A stretch of DNA of 53,565 nucleotides from positions 1 to 53,565 of the forward strand of contig CAJVPI010000104.1 of the NCBI GenBank assembly GCA_910592345.1, given 5' to 3'. Below are positions 26,438 to 39,522 of this stretch, piece after piece. Under the pieces are notes generated by a model. It had not been told where the DNA came from and did not search any database. It was given only the letters and a program-made list of their open reading frames with translations. This DNA comes from Paraglomus brasilianum. Taxonomy: Eukaryota. Within the stretch, counting starts at the first letter, position 1. The number at the start of each line of letters is the position of its first letter. Both the position numbers and the translations under genes were made by a program.

Positions 26438-27476
26438 ATGATGATTCCAAGACTCTCTCTTCTTTTGCTTTTTATCATTTCGATGATCATATTGTTTGTC
26501 ACTGCGAATATAACGTCTCATATGATAAAAAGTGTCGACAATGTGATGATATATTACGATGAAATTGGCAGTCCCAACAATCCGACAATCCTTTTTATTC
26601 ATGCCGCGTTTATGGGCAGGATTGCCTTCGCGCCTCAATTTAATGACAGACGACTTGTAGATAAATTTCATCTCGTAAGGATGGATAGTCGTGGTGCCGG
26701 ACGTTCATCTAAACCCACAAACATATCCATGTATGACAGCATTTATAATTATGCTGACGATCTTAATGCCGTAATCCAAGACGTGACAAAATCGTATCTT
26801 AAGAAGAAGGTGGTCCTTGTTGGTTGGTCTTTTGGGTTTCCAACAAGTTTGGCTTACTTGGATAAATATGGTTACGATAAAGTGGCAGGGCTTGTTAGTT
26901 CTGCTGGTCTTGTAAATCCAAAAATTGGACTTAATCAGACCGCTCTGGCTTCCCTCGATCAACTTATCAGCAACGACTATACAAAGGCTATTACATCTAT
27001 TGAGGGTGATGTTGATACCGCCATTACAGCAAAGCCTTTTGATGAAAAGACACGATTGATGTTCATCGGTGAGTGCAAGTTATGTCTGGTTGTACGGCGG
27101 ATCGGAAACTCATTTTATGTTATCTATATGTCAGGAGTCATGGCGATCGTACCTCCAGTTGCAAAACAAGGCCTTGTTCGTGAGTATATTGTATCTTCGT
27201 TTAGCAATGGTTAAATAATTTGTGGTTTACTCAGGCTGATCAGATATTATAGGTACATCATTTGACTTTAAGCCAGTTCTCAAAAGGGCCAATATTCCAG
27301 TCTTGGTAATCTATGGGGACAAGGATATTTTGATTAATAGAGGATACCCCAAAACTATGGCAAAAGCAGCCAAAAAAGCAGTAATCAAGTGCTATCACAA
27401 TGTTGCGCACTTTCCTAGCTGGGAATCGGCAAGGCAATTTAATACTGACCTGACAACATTTGTTAGTCAATTGTAA
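26438..27476 (+). CDS. Secreted alpha/beta hydrolase (non-heme haloperoxidase/esterase-like fold)
   Basis: Exons ~26438-27068, 27135-27179 and 27253-27476. A hydrophobic N-terminus is followed by DSRGAGRS, nucleophile GWSFG, acid YGDKD and His VAHFPSWE. Confidence 0.85.
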
Positions 27477-29739
27477 AGACGACCCATTGTAAAATCATTA
27501 GAAGCGCTGTGTTGTAGACGATCAATTGCCAGAACATGTTCAGATCCTAGATCATAGTCTTTTTTTTTTTTTCCAGCTCAATAAATAATACAACTGTTAT
27601 CAGTAGGCTCTGTCATTAGCGTCTAAAATGTTTACACTGTTTAGTACCTCAATCCCGTAAATCATACTGTTAATCGCTTACGCCAATATTAGCAATAATT
27701 ATATATGCGTAAATTGTGATTTTTAGATTCTGCCATGTGTAATTGTCATCTTAATTGTTTTACAATATAAAGGTATTAGATTATGATTGTGATTTGAAAG
27801 GCATTATGACTCGACTTGTTTATTGTTTCGAAATTGGGTATTTACGTAGTGGTGAAGTAAAGTTAACGATACGATGATCGTCCTAATTTGGTAATAATTA
27901 TAGTCACTAAATTATTGCAAACTTGGATATTGTTAGCGATAAATATTTCACATCATAGTGTGAGGTTATAACGACAAGTGATACAGCATCGATCGCGGTA
28001 ATTTATTTTGTTGGCGCGAAGGGCATACCAAATCTAGCATTTGTACAATATACTGTAACACATAACGATAACATACAATTCTGCATGTTCATCGCCGTAA
28101 CGCAATTCTGCTGAGGCTGTGCCACTTTCAGCCCCTTGGATTGCATAGAGATAGAGGCAACCAATCGGTAGCCAGTGGATTTTTGGATAGCATGTTACAC
28201 AGTGAAGCCCGAATTCTCTTCGTTATCTTTTATAACGAATTTTCATATGAATTGCACGTTTCTCGTTCAAGTGAGCAGTCACCATTCATTGCTACCTTTA
28301 TTATATCTGGTTGCCTACTAACGCTATTTAACGAAATCCTCCAATTGCAACCAGCAGTTATATTAACGGACGACATTATTATTAAACTGACCATTTGTGA
28401 GTATTATTATATCGAACTCGCTTAACCGAACTTTGACCATTTCACCAAATTTGCATTCGTAAAAATTGGGCCATTTTTATGGTAATCACCCTATTTAGCG
28501 GATTCCCAAAATGTAAGCGACCAATAATCAGCGAGTAGATTTTATTTAACCCGGGATTTTCACTACATACTAATACTGTAGTTATATAGTGTGTGACAAA
28601 TATCTCGACAAACACAAAAATAAATATATATTTATTAAGTATCTTAATGATCTAAAATGTTTCCCCATTTCTTCATCATATATTGTTTTAATTTACCGCT
28701 ATCTTATAGCTCACATTACTTTTACAATGTGCCACATATTTTAAGTCAGGACTATTGGATGGCCAGCCATGACCCGAATTTTCTGTGTATTTAGGATCAT
28801 TGGAGATGCAAGAGGCACGGAACTATGGTACCTCCTTTTTCATGTGTCAACCAAGTAGACATATATGTTTCGACTAAACGAAATAAAATGTTCGAATAGC
28901 GTATCCCTACGTTTAGAATTAAAGATATTTCCTCGCAATAGACTAAAGTTGCGACAAGATTCTTGATAGAATAAAATTGACATTCAAGGAAATAGATTAG
29001 TTGTTGTATCTAGACTTTCGGTGCTTGTATTCTGTTGGCAGCAATACCAAAGCTGTTTACTTGCCCTATACCACACCACACGCACCACATCCATAGACAG
29101 ACGATCTAATTGTGTATCACGTTCTGGGACAGCAATAGATTGAACCCTCTTGAATTCTTGCGTCTAGCCATCTCTTATACAAAGTGGTGGGGAAGGTAAT
29201 AAGGAGCAAACATAATTGCCGGTGATGTAATAAATTCGATCAAGCTGATTGGATGGGATGGAAACCAAACTAGCGAGTAATTTCTTTTACTAACGAATTC
29301 TCACGACATAAGGTTTTCTACAATGTCAACCAAACTATCTATTTTGTAGACACAAAGCCTTTTCATTATTGGTTGATTCTTGTACTGCAAATCAAGCGAA
29401 GCGTAATGTTATAAACATACTGTAAGGGATTGAGCAAATTAGTGTTTAGCAGAATGTGGTCTAATTCTGAAAAAATTTTATTAATATTGTTGGCTCCTTG
29501 TATAAATTTACATAATTAAAGCGGGTTTTTTCTGCTTGTTTATAAAACAAGAGGATGGCCTTTAGAAATAAAAATTGGCTGCTGGTTTATTCCCTAACAA
29601 CTCGAATGCATATATATAATTTTTATCGATATGTAATTCACGATAATAAACAAAACGTTGTCGGTAATTCGAAAATGCATCTGTTTGTGTATATTTTTAA
29701 ATAGTTACGTTGATAGTTTAGAAAACTAAATTGAGTAAT

Positions 29740-30920
29740 GACTATAAGTGAATTAAACCAAGCATAATGTTAACAAAATATTAATAAAGCAACAACGTTC
29801 GACAAGCAATTTTTTACTTTTTATTTGGATAAGAGCAGTTGACGATGACTTTATATCATTTTACAAAAATTACTTCAACTCTAGTTTATTCACATTATTT
29901 ATTACTTTTTATCAAAAGAAATTTATGGGTTTGTCATGGCAACAAAATGCTGCGAGTGTGCCGTCTCTAGTTTTTTTATACTCTCCTTAGCAATTATAGT
30001 CCTGAAATGGTGACGAGACCAGTCTTTTCTGGAAAATAAAATCGTTGCGCCTTCTAGCTCGTAGTAAATTGTCGGGTCACAAAAAAAGACAAATCTCGAA
30101 TTACACTTTTCTGTGCAGTAAATTTTCTAGGAATGGAGAAGGTGAAGCTCAGTTTTATTCATCAACATCGTAGGCCTCGATCTATGAAAAACCTAAATTA
30201 CAATAATTTTCCAGCCAGTGTATTACTGCTGGAATAAGACAGCTTGGATGCAAGTCGGCATCTTTAATAAAATTTTCCTTATACTTAACAATGATATAAA
30301 AAATTAAGGGAGAAAAATTCTGTTTTAATTGATAATGTACCAGTGTATATCATTCTTGAAGAAACCGCTGAAAAAAGCTGGACAGCATAAAGGTTGAATT
30401 ACTTTCACCGAATACAATTTTTTTCAGCCCTGTGATGCTGGGATTATTCATTCATTTAAATGTAAATATAGGGCTCTATTTGTATTAAAGCATGGTCTAA
30501 TGTCTTCCCACAAACAATACGAAACTGTTGGTTAAAAACTGGTATCCTTCCAGAACAAATGATGGTTGAGCCTTCACGTATCCATGACGAGGAGGATGAG
30601 CAAGATTTAGAAATACTCCTTGAAAAGTTGCCAACCAAATAATAATATTTCAGCAAATAAATACGTACACATCGAAGATGAGAATGTCTGGATTAATCTG
30701 CTGATGAAGATATAGTAGAAGCATTAAACCAAGTTGAAGAAAGTAGTGAAGACAAAGTTGAATTAGTGAAAGGTTGAGATAATAAATAATAAAGTAGCAC
30801 AAGTGTCGATAAGTACAGTTTTAAGGTATTTGTATCAACAAAAACCAGATTTTGGTGAAGAATTAAGAGTTCTGAGAAACTTAAATAGACGAATTGAACT
30901 AATTATTCAAAAAAGCTGAG
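29740..30920 (+). mobile_element. Decayed pogo/Tigger (CENP-B-like DDE_1) transposase
   Basis: Collinear but broken motifs: DETSLFWK, KKDKSRITL, GMEKVKLSFIH, PVYYCWNKTAWMQVGIFN, IDNVPVY, QPCDAGIIHSFKCKYR and KAWSNVFPQTIRNCWLKTGILP. There are many stops and deletions. Confidence 0.85.
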
Positions 30921-31254
30921 TAGCCGATCTTGGATGTTGTTAAATATACTTAAATAAACGTTGTTATTGTTAGATTTAGTGAATAAGTGTATTGCCGCCG
31001 AATTTGTAGAATGACACAACGTAGCTATACAAACTCTGGCCAGCCGCAGTTTGGTGCGTCAAAATTGATATACAGACAAAGTACACACACTCTAAATGCA
31101 CACTCCCTATATCCTGCACGTGCAATGATTTTTCAGTCCTAAATTACACGCACGTGATCAATATTTGTATTGACCAATTATATTACTACTATTCTCTTTG
31201 TAAAATTTGACCGTTGTTCTGCTAATTAGTCCGTATTAATACATGCATCTTAGA

Positions 31255-31450
31255 AGGTGAATTGGAACAGACCCAATTGCAAGTTAACGAGTTTCTGTTT
31301 ATTCCTGAAGAGGATGTCGTATACGATATTCCAGACGATAACCAACTTATTAGAGAAATCGCAGAGACATTTAAAGACGATAATTGATGAGGTGAACGCC
31401 GAAGAAATGGATGACAGTATCGAGATTCCTATTGTATGTCAAAACTAGCT
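31255..31450 (+). mobile_element. Fragment resembling the acidic C-terminus of a second pogo/CENP-B-like transposase
   Basis: QVNEFLFIPEEDVVYDIPDDNQLIREIAETFK is followed by a frameshift and then EEMDDSIEIPIV. Confidence 0.45.
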
Positions 31451-32388
31451 TGGAAATAAGTCATACATTATTGGTCGTTTTGTTTATGAATACACGCCCG
31501 TTAGTTATACATAACTGTATAACAGTATAGTTTCATGAAAGGTAATTGAAGAAAGTGCAAATACTGATTTAGAAAAAGATGCTCGTAAAACAACAATATG
31601 CATGGACATATCGTGCATCAAGTGATGATAATATTCCTGATGCGGAGATTGTATCTTTGCGCCAGGAATCGAAACGTCGAATCGATGGATCAACTTAAAC
31701 TAGCAAAATGGTATGGTATTGAATCGAATGCCGAGATATAGTTTATTTGCCATCATACATTTACCCTCTCGAATAATAGATGGGTTTGTTTATTGTTATC
31801 TCATAAGCATTATGGTGCACAAGGGGTTAATTATGTTACAAATGCAGCATCAAGACTTTAGTAAGTACCAATGATCTGACCTAAACTACTTATCTATTCT
31901 AACCCGAAAAAATTCAAAGACATTCCTTTGCTGAGTTAAACACGTGCATGCAATTTCTCTGTTGCCATTGTTAAACGGCATTTCTAGTTACAAATTAAAA
32001 TTGCTGCCAGATAACTAATGCGCATATTGTTCTTTATCAATAAAGGTAATAATAGCGTTAACCAACGCCTTCAGGTGTAAAGAGTATATTTATTCTAACA
32101 TTGTCGATAGAGTTAATATGTTGAAGACATAGTGAGGGTATAGCAATAAATCATCGATAATAAGTTTCGGAAAGGCCGATAAGTGTCACCTTTAAAGTAT
32201 TATCTTTCAAGAATTTTATGATATATGGTTGGTCAATGTCTATACGTTTGTCTACAATTTGGCAAGTTTTACCTGATCACAAAATGTAGTGCAACATTAA
32301 GAGCAGAAATTGTACATTTCTATTTAAAATAGAGCATCATGACTATTCTACACCAGGATATTGCATCAATTTCCGCCCAACGTTTAAT

Positions 32389-33201
32389 ATGAAAATTCTC
32401 GCACTATTCCTTGCTCTCACTGCAATAGCCTTTGCTTCCGCTACATCGACTCGGCTGCAAAGTAGATCTAACTTTACGTCTCTTGAAACAAGGAACCTTG
32501 GAAGCGGCAAACTTGCCTTTTTGACAGACGCTATTAGTAACGGTTGTGCCGATCCAGGCTATGATCCATGTCCAGATGGCAGTGGCTGTTGCCCTACAGG
32601 CTCGACATGCTTAATCGACAAATGCGACATTCCCTGCACGATTCAAGATATACCTTGCGGGGATGGTTGCTGTTTTTCTTATCAAACTTGCCTATCTGAC
32701 TTTACATGCAGTGGCTCTGGTGGCGGCTCTGGTAGTGGTGGCTCTGGTAGTGGTGGCTCTGGTGGCGGCTCTGGTGGCGGCTCTGGTAGTGGTGGCTCTG
32801 GTAGTGGCTCTGGTGGCGGCTCTGGTAGTGGCTCTTCTAGTGGTGGTGGCTCTAGTGGCGGCTCTGGTAGTGGTGGCTCTGGTAGTGGCTCTGGTAGTGG
32901 CTCTGGTGGCGGCTCTGGTAGTGGCTCTTCTAGTGGTGGTGGCTCTGGTGGCGGCTCTAGTGGTGGAGGCTCTAGTGGCGGCTCTAGTGGCGGCTCTAGT
33001 GGTGGCTTTAGTGGTGGAGGCTCTAGTGGTGGAGGTTCTGGTGGCAGTGGTTCTGGTAGTGGAGGTTCTGGTGGCGGTGGTTCTGGTGGCGGTGGCAACA
33101 ACAATATAACAAGCGTCGCTTCTAAAACGCAGATGCAATTATCTACCAAGCTTCTGACAATGACAATTGTTGTCCTAATTTATGTGTTCAGTTATATGTA
33201 G
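32389..33201 (+). CDS. Secreted Cys-rich, Gly/Ser-rich probable GPI-anchored surface protein (copy 1)
   Basis: Signal peptide MKILALFLALTAIAFASA, then a 12-Cys domain (C..CPDGSGCCPTGSTC..C..C..C..CC..C..C), a long GS linker and a hydrophobic C-terminal tail. Single exon. Confidence 0.88.
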   Translation: MKILALFLALTAIAFASATSTRLQSRSNFTSLETRNLGSGKLAFLTDAISNGCADPGYDPCPDGSGCCPTGSTCLIDKCDIPCTIQDIPCGDGCCFSYQTCLSDFTCSGSGGGSGSGGSGSGGSGGGSGGGSGSGGSGSGSGGGSGSGSSSGGGSSGGSGSGGSGSGSGSGSGGGSGSGSSSGGGSGGGSSGGGSSGGSSGGSSGGFSGGGSSGGGSGGSGSGSGGSGGGGSGGGGNNNITSVASKTQMQLSTKLLTMTIVVLIYVFSYM

Positions 33202-33330
33202 CGTGGATATGTCTCTCAGGCTTGCAGTAATGTCATATTTTTTATATACGGTTTTCATAGTGGCAGATTTGACAAAAGTGGTGGCTCGCTATGTAGAAGA
33301 GGTCAAATTGTTTATTTGTTATTTTTATAA

Positions 33331-33540
33331 TATTGTAATAAACTAGTTTATCGATACAATTGTATCGGGCAAAAAACGTAGAATCAAGAATAGAAATAAT
33401 GAGCACGATTTATTTGTTGAGCCAACCATTATTATTATTGTAATAAACTAGGTTATCGATACAATTGTATCGGGCAAAAAACATAAAATCAAGAACAGAA
33501 ATAATGAGCACGATTTTATTTGTTGAGCCAACCATTATTA
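33331..33540. repeat. Tandem duplication of a ~105 bp unit containing a 16 bp palindrome
   Basis: Units ~33331-33435 and ~33436-33540 differ at few positions. Each contains CGATACAATTGTATCG. Confidence 0.92.
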
Positions 33541-35905
33541 GTCAAAAAAGTCAAATTCTGAAATGTCATTCGTGATAAGTTGAGTAACTAGCTAATACTC
33601 TATTACGGACTCCTACAACTTGACATGGTACGAAGAGAAAAATTGTATATTTGAAAGTAAAACTACAGTGTAATGCAATCTATATTAAGAGGAGCAAGAT
33701 TACAGTTTTATCCTGTAGATAAAATTGGTAATGTTGACTATACACACATTCGACAGAATAGTTTGTTCTGGGCCGAAAAGTTTGTCGTCGATTCTTTATT
33801 TTGAAACAATTGTTAGTTCTGTCATAATTTGAAGGAATAAGAAAAAATTACGAGAAGGATTTACCTGTTACTTGTGAAGATATTCAGTTATGATTGCTGA
33901 CTTTATGCGGTGCTACATGTCATAATGAAGCATGACATTTGAACAGTATACTATTTGCATAAAGCTTTCATGGGAAATGCCTACCTGACTAGCTATTTAA
34001 TGTGAGGGCCAGTTTTTTACGAAATCGTCGACTCTTTGGCAATATTTTTCTGACGTCATTGCTTGCAAACCGTGCGAAGAGATAGTGCTTGTTCCCCTTC
34101 TGCATTGAGCGAACCTGAGTTGACTCCCGACTATTCCTGAAATAAATTTTCGTGTCATTTATTCCTCGAAACGATAGGTCAGCTGATTGTTGAAATCCAA
34201 TCCTGGCGACAAAACTTTTCAGCACTCCCACGTATACTTAAAGGTTTTCCCTTTCACAACATTAGCGTATAGCACTTGGACGCCCAATTGATACAAAAAG
34301 TTTATAATTACTTATCAATCAATACGAATACCATTTGCTTAATCCCGATTACAATTGGATATTTTATTTACAAACAGCAGTATGATTGTATAAAAGGTGT
34401 TTTTGATAATTTAAACATTCGTAAGATTAAATGTAGTAACCTAACTAAAGTAACAAACTTTATACCACTGGACTTAAAACTAAATACTTGTAATAGAATA
34501 ACAGCTATAACACAATAAACAAATGATAATCATACCCCGTATTTCCAGAGCGCTCAGTGCACTCAATTAGCATACTCGCTCGATGCCGCTAGTAATATAC
34601 CTGTAACCGTAATTTATGACATTGATAGTCATGGTAAGACTTATTCGACATTGAGCTTTAAGCTCAAGCTTTTAAACATAAAAATACCGAAAGTTGATAA
34701 CGACTTGGCCAATCCACTCACTCGTGAAAAGCACGAAATTCCAAGATTATGTACAAAAAGTCTTGGTCACAAAGTCTATTGAAAGGAGTCTTAACTGAAA
34801 GAATACGAATGCATAATAACTTTTAATTTGGATTTGCAGTATGATATAATGAAATATTTTTCACGATGTGGCTATTCTTCGATTCAGACGGGATTAATTA
34901 TAACAAATTGGAATAACTTGCCAATAAAGCATTCCACCTGTCCTACAAATAATGGCAGTCTGAGACTTATTGTCAACTTATAACGTATAATGATTGTGGG
35001 ACAGTTAATTATAGTAGCACCAGCCCAGTATCAACTATTATATAAATGCCATATTAAATGTCTGCATGCGAAATGGATTTATTTTTTGTGCCAGAAGTTG
35101 AATCACAAAGGCTGGCGAGCACCTCGTTATGAATGCAATAGAAGAACAAAGGCCGTCTATCGATTGGTGCATAAAATTTTAAAATTCATGCGTAACGTAC
35201 TGCATTAAATCGAACATTGAAAAAGATGTACTATTTTATCTAACAATTCAACAAGGAGATATTTTCATTTTCATATTTGGTAATTCTGAATATGTTTGTG
35301 GAACTGAAGTTGCACACATAATATTAGATTTTCATTCAGGCATTACCTTTCTGCAAAAATCTGTTTGTGGCGTCTAACACGTCACTAGGATAGAGGCGAA
35401 TATTCTTCAATTCAATGATAGTATCCGATCGTAAAGACGTAAAATCCAAGACTTTCAACTTACAACGTCAGCACCTTTTTAATTTTGAAATATCAGCTCT
35501 ATCATACTTTTGACCTTGAACGCTATAAACCATCTTCGTTTATTTTTCAACAAACTTATTAGGATAAACTACTTTCAACATTCTTTGTGTCATGTTGTCA
35601 ACCTTGTTGAGCGTCTCAGGCTTAATACGATCCATACGCATGAGAATAATGTTTATGGGTTTGTGTGCCGCATTATAGAAATCGATAATTAATTATCTGC
35701 AGTCCACGTAGAAAACGAAAGGTAATACCATTAATATGAATAATTATCTTTCACAAATGATCGCATATGAAACTACGATCATTCAACTCGGCAAGTTCTC
35801 GATTCACAAAATGTAGTGCAACGCTGTAAGTATTTGCCTATTTAAATAGCATACCATGCTCGTTCTACACCAAGGAATTCCATCAATCCCTACTCAACAT
35901 CCAAT

Positions 35906-36533
35906 ATGAAGATTCTAACACTATTCCTCGCTCTCAATGCAATAATTTTTGCTTCCGCTACGCCATCTCAGCTGCAAAGTAGACGACTTCACGTATCTTA
36001 AAGCAAGGAACCTTGTTGGCAATGTTGGGGCAATTTCCTTTTTGACAACGAAAAACGTTAGTACTTGTAGTGATCCAACCTATGCTCCATGTCCCGATGG
36101 TATTTATTGTTGTCCTGTAGGCGCGAAATGCGTACCTGGCGGAAAATGCGATGTGCACTGCACTAGCCAAGATATACCTTGTGGTATCAATGGTTGTTGC
36201 TTCTCTTACCAAATTTGTCAATCTGACTTCACATGTGCTGTCGGTGGTGGTGGTGGTGGTGGTAGTGGTGGTGGTGGTGGTAGTGGTGGTGGTGGTGGAG
36301 GCACTAGCAGTATTAGCAGCAGCACCAGCAGTACTAGCAGCACCAGCAGTACTAGCAGTATTAGCAGCACAACCAGCAGTATTGGTAGCAGTACCAGCAG
36401 TACTGGTAGCGGCGGTCCTGTTGTTACTATTGTCACCAGCGACACTTTTAAAACACAGATACAATTATCTACTAAGCTTCTAACAATGACTGTTGTTCTA
36501 ATTTATGTATTCAGCCATATGGGCATCTTGTAG
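35906..36533 (+). pseudogene. Paralogue of the 32389 surface protein with a 2-nt deletion after the signal peptide (pseudogene or assembly error)
   Basis: ATG at 35906 gives MKILTLFLALNAIIFASATPSQLQSR and then an early stop at ~35999-36001. The Cys domain, G/S/T linker and hydrophobic tail continue intact in another frame to 36533. Confidence 0.78.
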
Positions 36534-38411
36534 TAATATTATATTTATTAAGTTATCAATATAATCATTTTTTATACAGCATAGTTGATAGTGTAGACAT
36601 GACGACTCGGTATCATAAATAACTAGTGAACTTATATATGGCATGAAAAACTTGTGCGTGAAATAAGTAATCGATTCTATATAATAATTATTCCAACTCA
36701 CAATCAGAAAACGACTTACTGGAAAGCCATTAAACATTTAATGTTTTTGGTATTTGGTGGTTCAATTTCTTTTGGCATGTTTTGAATAAATTATATAACT
36801 TTGAGTATACTAATACTAGGAAAACGGAAACCGTTAAAAAGTCCGTCAGTATTATTGTTCACGTGTTGTTAAAAATATGACAGAACCAATGGGGTAAACG
36901 TATAGGTGAAAAGTCCCTCGCGATAGTAAACGTATAGGTAACGTAGGTGGATGAGGAATCAGAAAGTTCTTCGGATAATTAGAGCCGTCTTATAAGGGGT
37001 GATAAGCACGGTTAGTTTTTTTTTTGTCCTCTGCAAATTTTTTGGGCAGACTAAATCTAAGCAGTCAGGGTATTATTGTAACGAAAGCTTCACTAATAAA
37101 TTGTTCCCAACTCGACAGTGTGGCGTAGTTTGTAAAAATGTCAGCGCTTGGCGGAAAGGCTTATGCGTATAGGTCGAGATTAATTTAATATCCATAACAT
37201 TTTTGGTTGGAATGCTGACGTAATAATATTTGTCTGCTATTTCGTACCATATCGTCGAAAGTAGAATGCTTTGGCACAGTAAAACAAACTATGCATAAAT
37301 AAGCAACTTGATTCTATCTAAAAACAAAATTTGATGCAATGAAACATTGGTATAATCAAGTTTGATTTATCCAGAATTTGTTGATATCCAGTTTCACAGT
37401 GTATTAAATAGTATACAAATCGACCATCCATGAGTTTTAATCAGTTCCAGTTTCCACTTGCTACAAAGCAATGACGGCTTCAATACTTATTAAAGACTCA
37501 ACCATATCAAGCACGATCATATTTTGCTGAAAATTAGAACTCGTAAAAGATACTAAGACCTCAGAATGTTAGCTTCTCAGAATATTGTCTACACGATCAT
37601 TAAAACGCTTCGATGTCGCTAAATAATGTTTATAATATTAGCAGCTAAGTAGGTTTCAAGCCATCGTTAAATATATTTAGTTAAATTATAATATAGTGAG
37701 TGTGTGCTTTCTGAATCTAACTACTGTGTTTCTAACAATTAATGCTCATAGAAAAAAGATAAAGATACTTTGTACGATGTAGTTGTGCTGGCATCGATCT
37801 TGTTAAATATCGAATTCTGTAGACATGGTTTAATTACGGATTACGAAAATGGATAGTGGCTCCTCGTAACCCAACCCGTTGAGTGATCGCTAGGCTACAT
37901 ACCGTTGTGAGCTTTATTATACTTTACTTAGAAAGTTTTGAAAATTAAATAATGAACTAAGACAGTCCTTCGCATGATATAAATTTTCTTTGACCCTCAA
38001 TTTAATATCAAACGAAGCTATTTCAGTGAAGGACGGCGATCTATTTCAACAGATATTATGATGGCAAGGGATTTATATCAACTTTGTCAGTTTTCACCGA
38101 AAACACTATATTGTGACGATAAACATTCACATGTTCAAATCACATAATCGCATGGTCGATTGTGTGACGAATCGGGGTAAAACGTTTTACTTTGGCCCCG
38201 CAAAACTGATTTGCTGCACATGTCAACCCAAACTTGACTTTGAGTCCATATGATTTTGAGTTTCCAATTAGATATGCCGACGTGCGTGGGATAGTCAAGG
38301 TTTAAGAGAAGTATCGCCATTAAGTTTGATCTATATAATATTTTTAATCTCCTTTATACGAAACTACATTTTTTATCACTGCACAATTGACGTTTTTACA
38401 ATTTGATAGAA

Positions 38412-39522
38412 ATGGTTTATTTATTTGATCCGCCCGCATTTTTTATCCTCTTTAGAGAAACCATTGAATACTCTATAATTCTCGCTGTGCTTCTCAGTTT
38501 TATCAATAAAATTGTCCCGGAAGACAATCATGAGCTGAGAAAGACAATGAGAAGACAGATATGGATTGGCACTGCTGCCGCCCTTGTCCTCATTGTTGTC
38601 ATTGGTGTTGTCTTTATCTCTATTTTTTATACCGTTGCTTCCAATCTTTGGGAAAATAGCGAAGACATTTGGGGTAAGTATATGTACAGTATATATGGCT
38701 TTATTCGTAGATTCGAGGACAAATCATAGTACTTTTGTTAAACTATAACTCTATAATGTAGAGGGAATTTTTTCACTGTTTGCTGCCGTTGTTACCTTTA
38801 TAATGGCATTTGGCATGATAAAAGCCAATCAATGGAAAACCAAATGGGAAGGCAAATTGAAGGAAGCTACTGAAAAATATCTCGATAAACACCAAAAGGG
38901 GGAAAAGTGGGCTTTGATCATTCTCGCGTTTACAGTTGTCGCCAAAGAAGGTCTCGAAGCCTTTGTGTTTATCGCTGGAGTAAGTTATTGTGATAAGATA
39001 TTCATGAAAACGCCACGGCCACACTGATAATTCAAACTATTTTTGTAGATTGGTTTCAACAGACCAGCGTATAGTCTTCCTATACCCGTTATTACTGGAA
39101 CTCTTGCTGGGCTTGTCGTTGGTTACGCTATCTACAAAGGATCGAATGTCATGTCTATGAATATCTTCTTTATGATCATGACTACGTTTTTGTTTTTTAT
39201 TTCTGCTGGATTATTTACAACGTCTGTGCACGCATTTGTTGAAGCGACGGAGGGGGATGATGATGAGGGTGACGGTGACGAAATTGTCTTGTGGAATTTA
39301 AACTGCTGTAATGAGGACACAAACCGTGGTTGGGAAATCGCCAACGCATTGTTTGGTTGGAGACATATAGCTACATTGGACACAACGCTTGCGTATTGTG
39401 CAGCGTGGATAGCTATATTCTCTGGGTTGATCTTTGTTCATTACAAGGACAAAAGACAACGCGCGCGGGTTGAAAAGGCTGTAATCAATGATGTCGATAA
39501 AGAATTTGATTTATCACCATAA
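38412..39522 (+). CDS. FTR1-family high-affinity iron permease
   Basis: Exons 38412-38673, 38762-38979 and 39049-39522. Motifs are AFFILFRETIE, WENSEDIWEGIF, KEGLEAFVF and ALFGW, with multiple transmembrane segments. Confidence 0.92.

Noticed and set aside
28330..28575. Possible pogo-type MITE end (…TTATTTAACCCGGGATTTTCACTACATA)
   Set aside because: I could not identify a matching second terminal repeat or target-site duplication.
32663..33149. Val/Ala/Leu-, Pro/Glu- and Thr/Arg/Ala-repeat ORFs (and similar ones at 35958-36483)
   Set aside because: They are shadow frames of the GGT/GGC/TCT/AGT linker repeats of the surface-protein genes.
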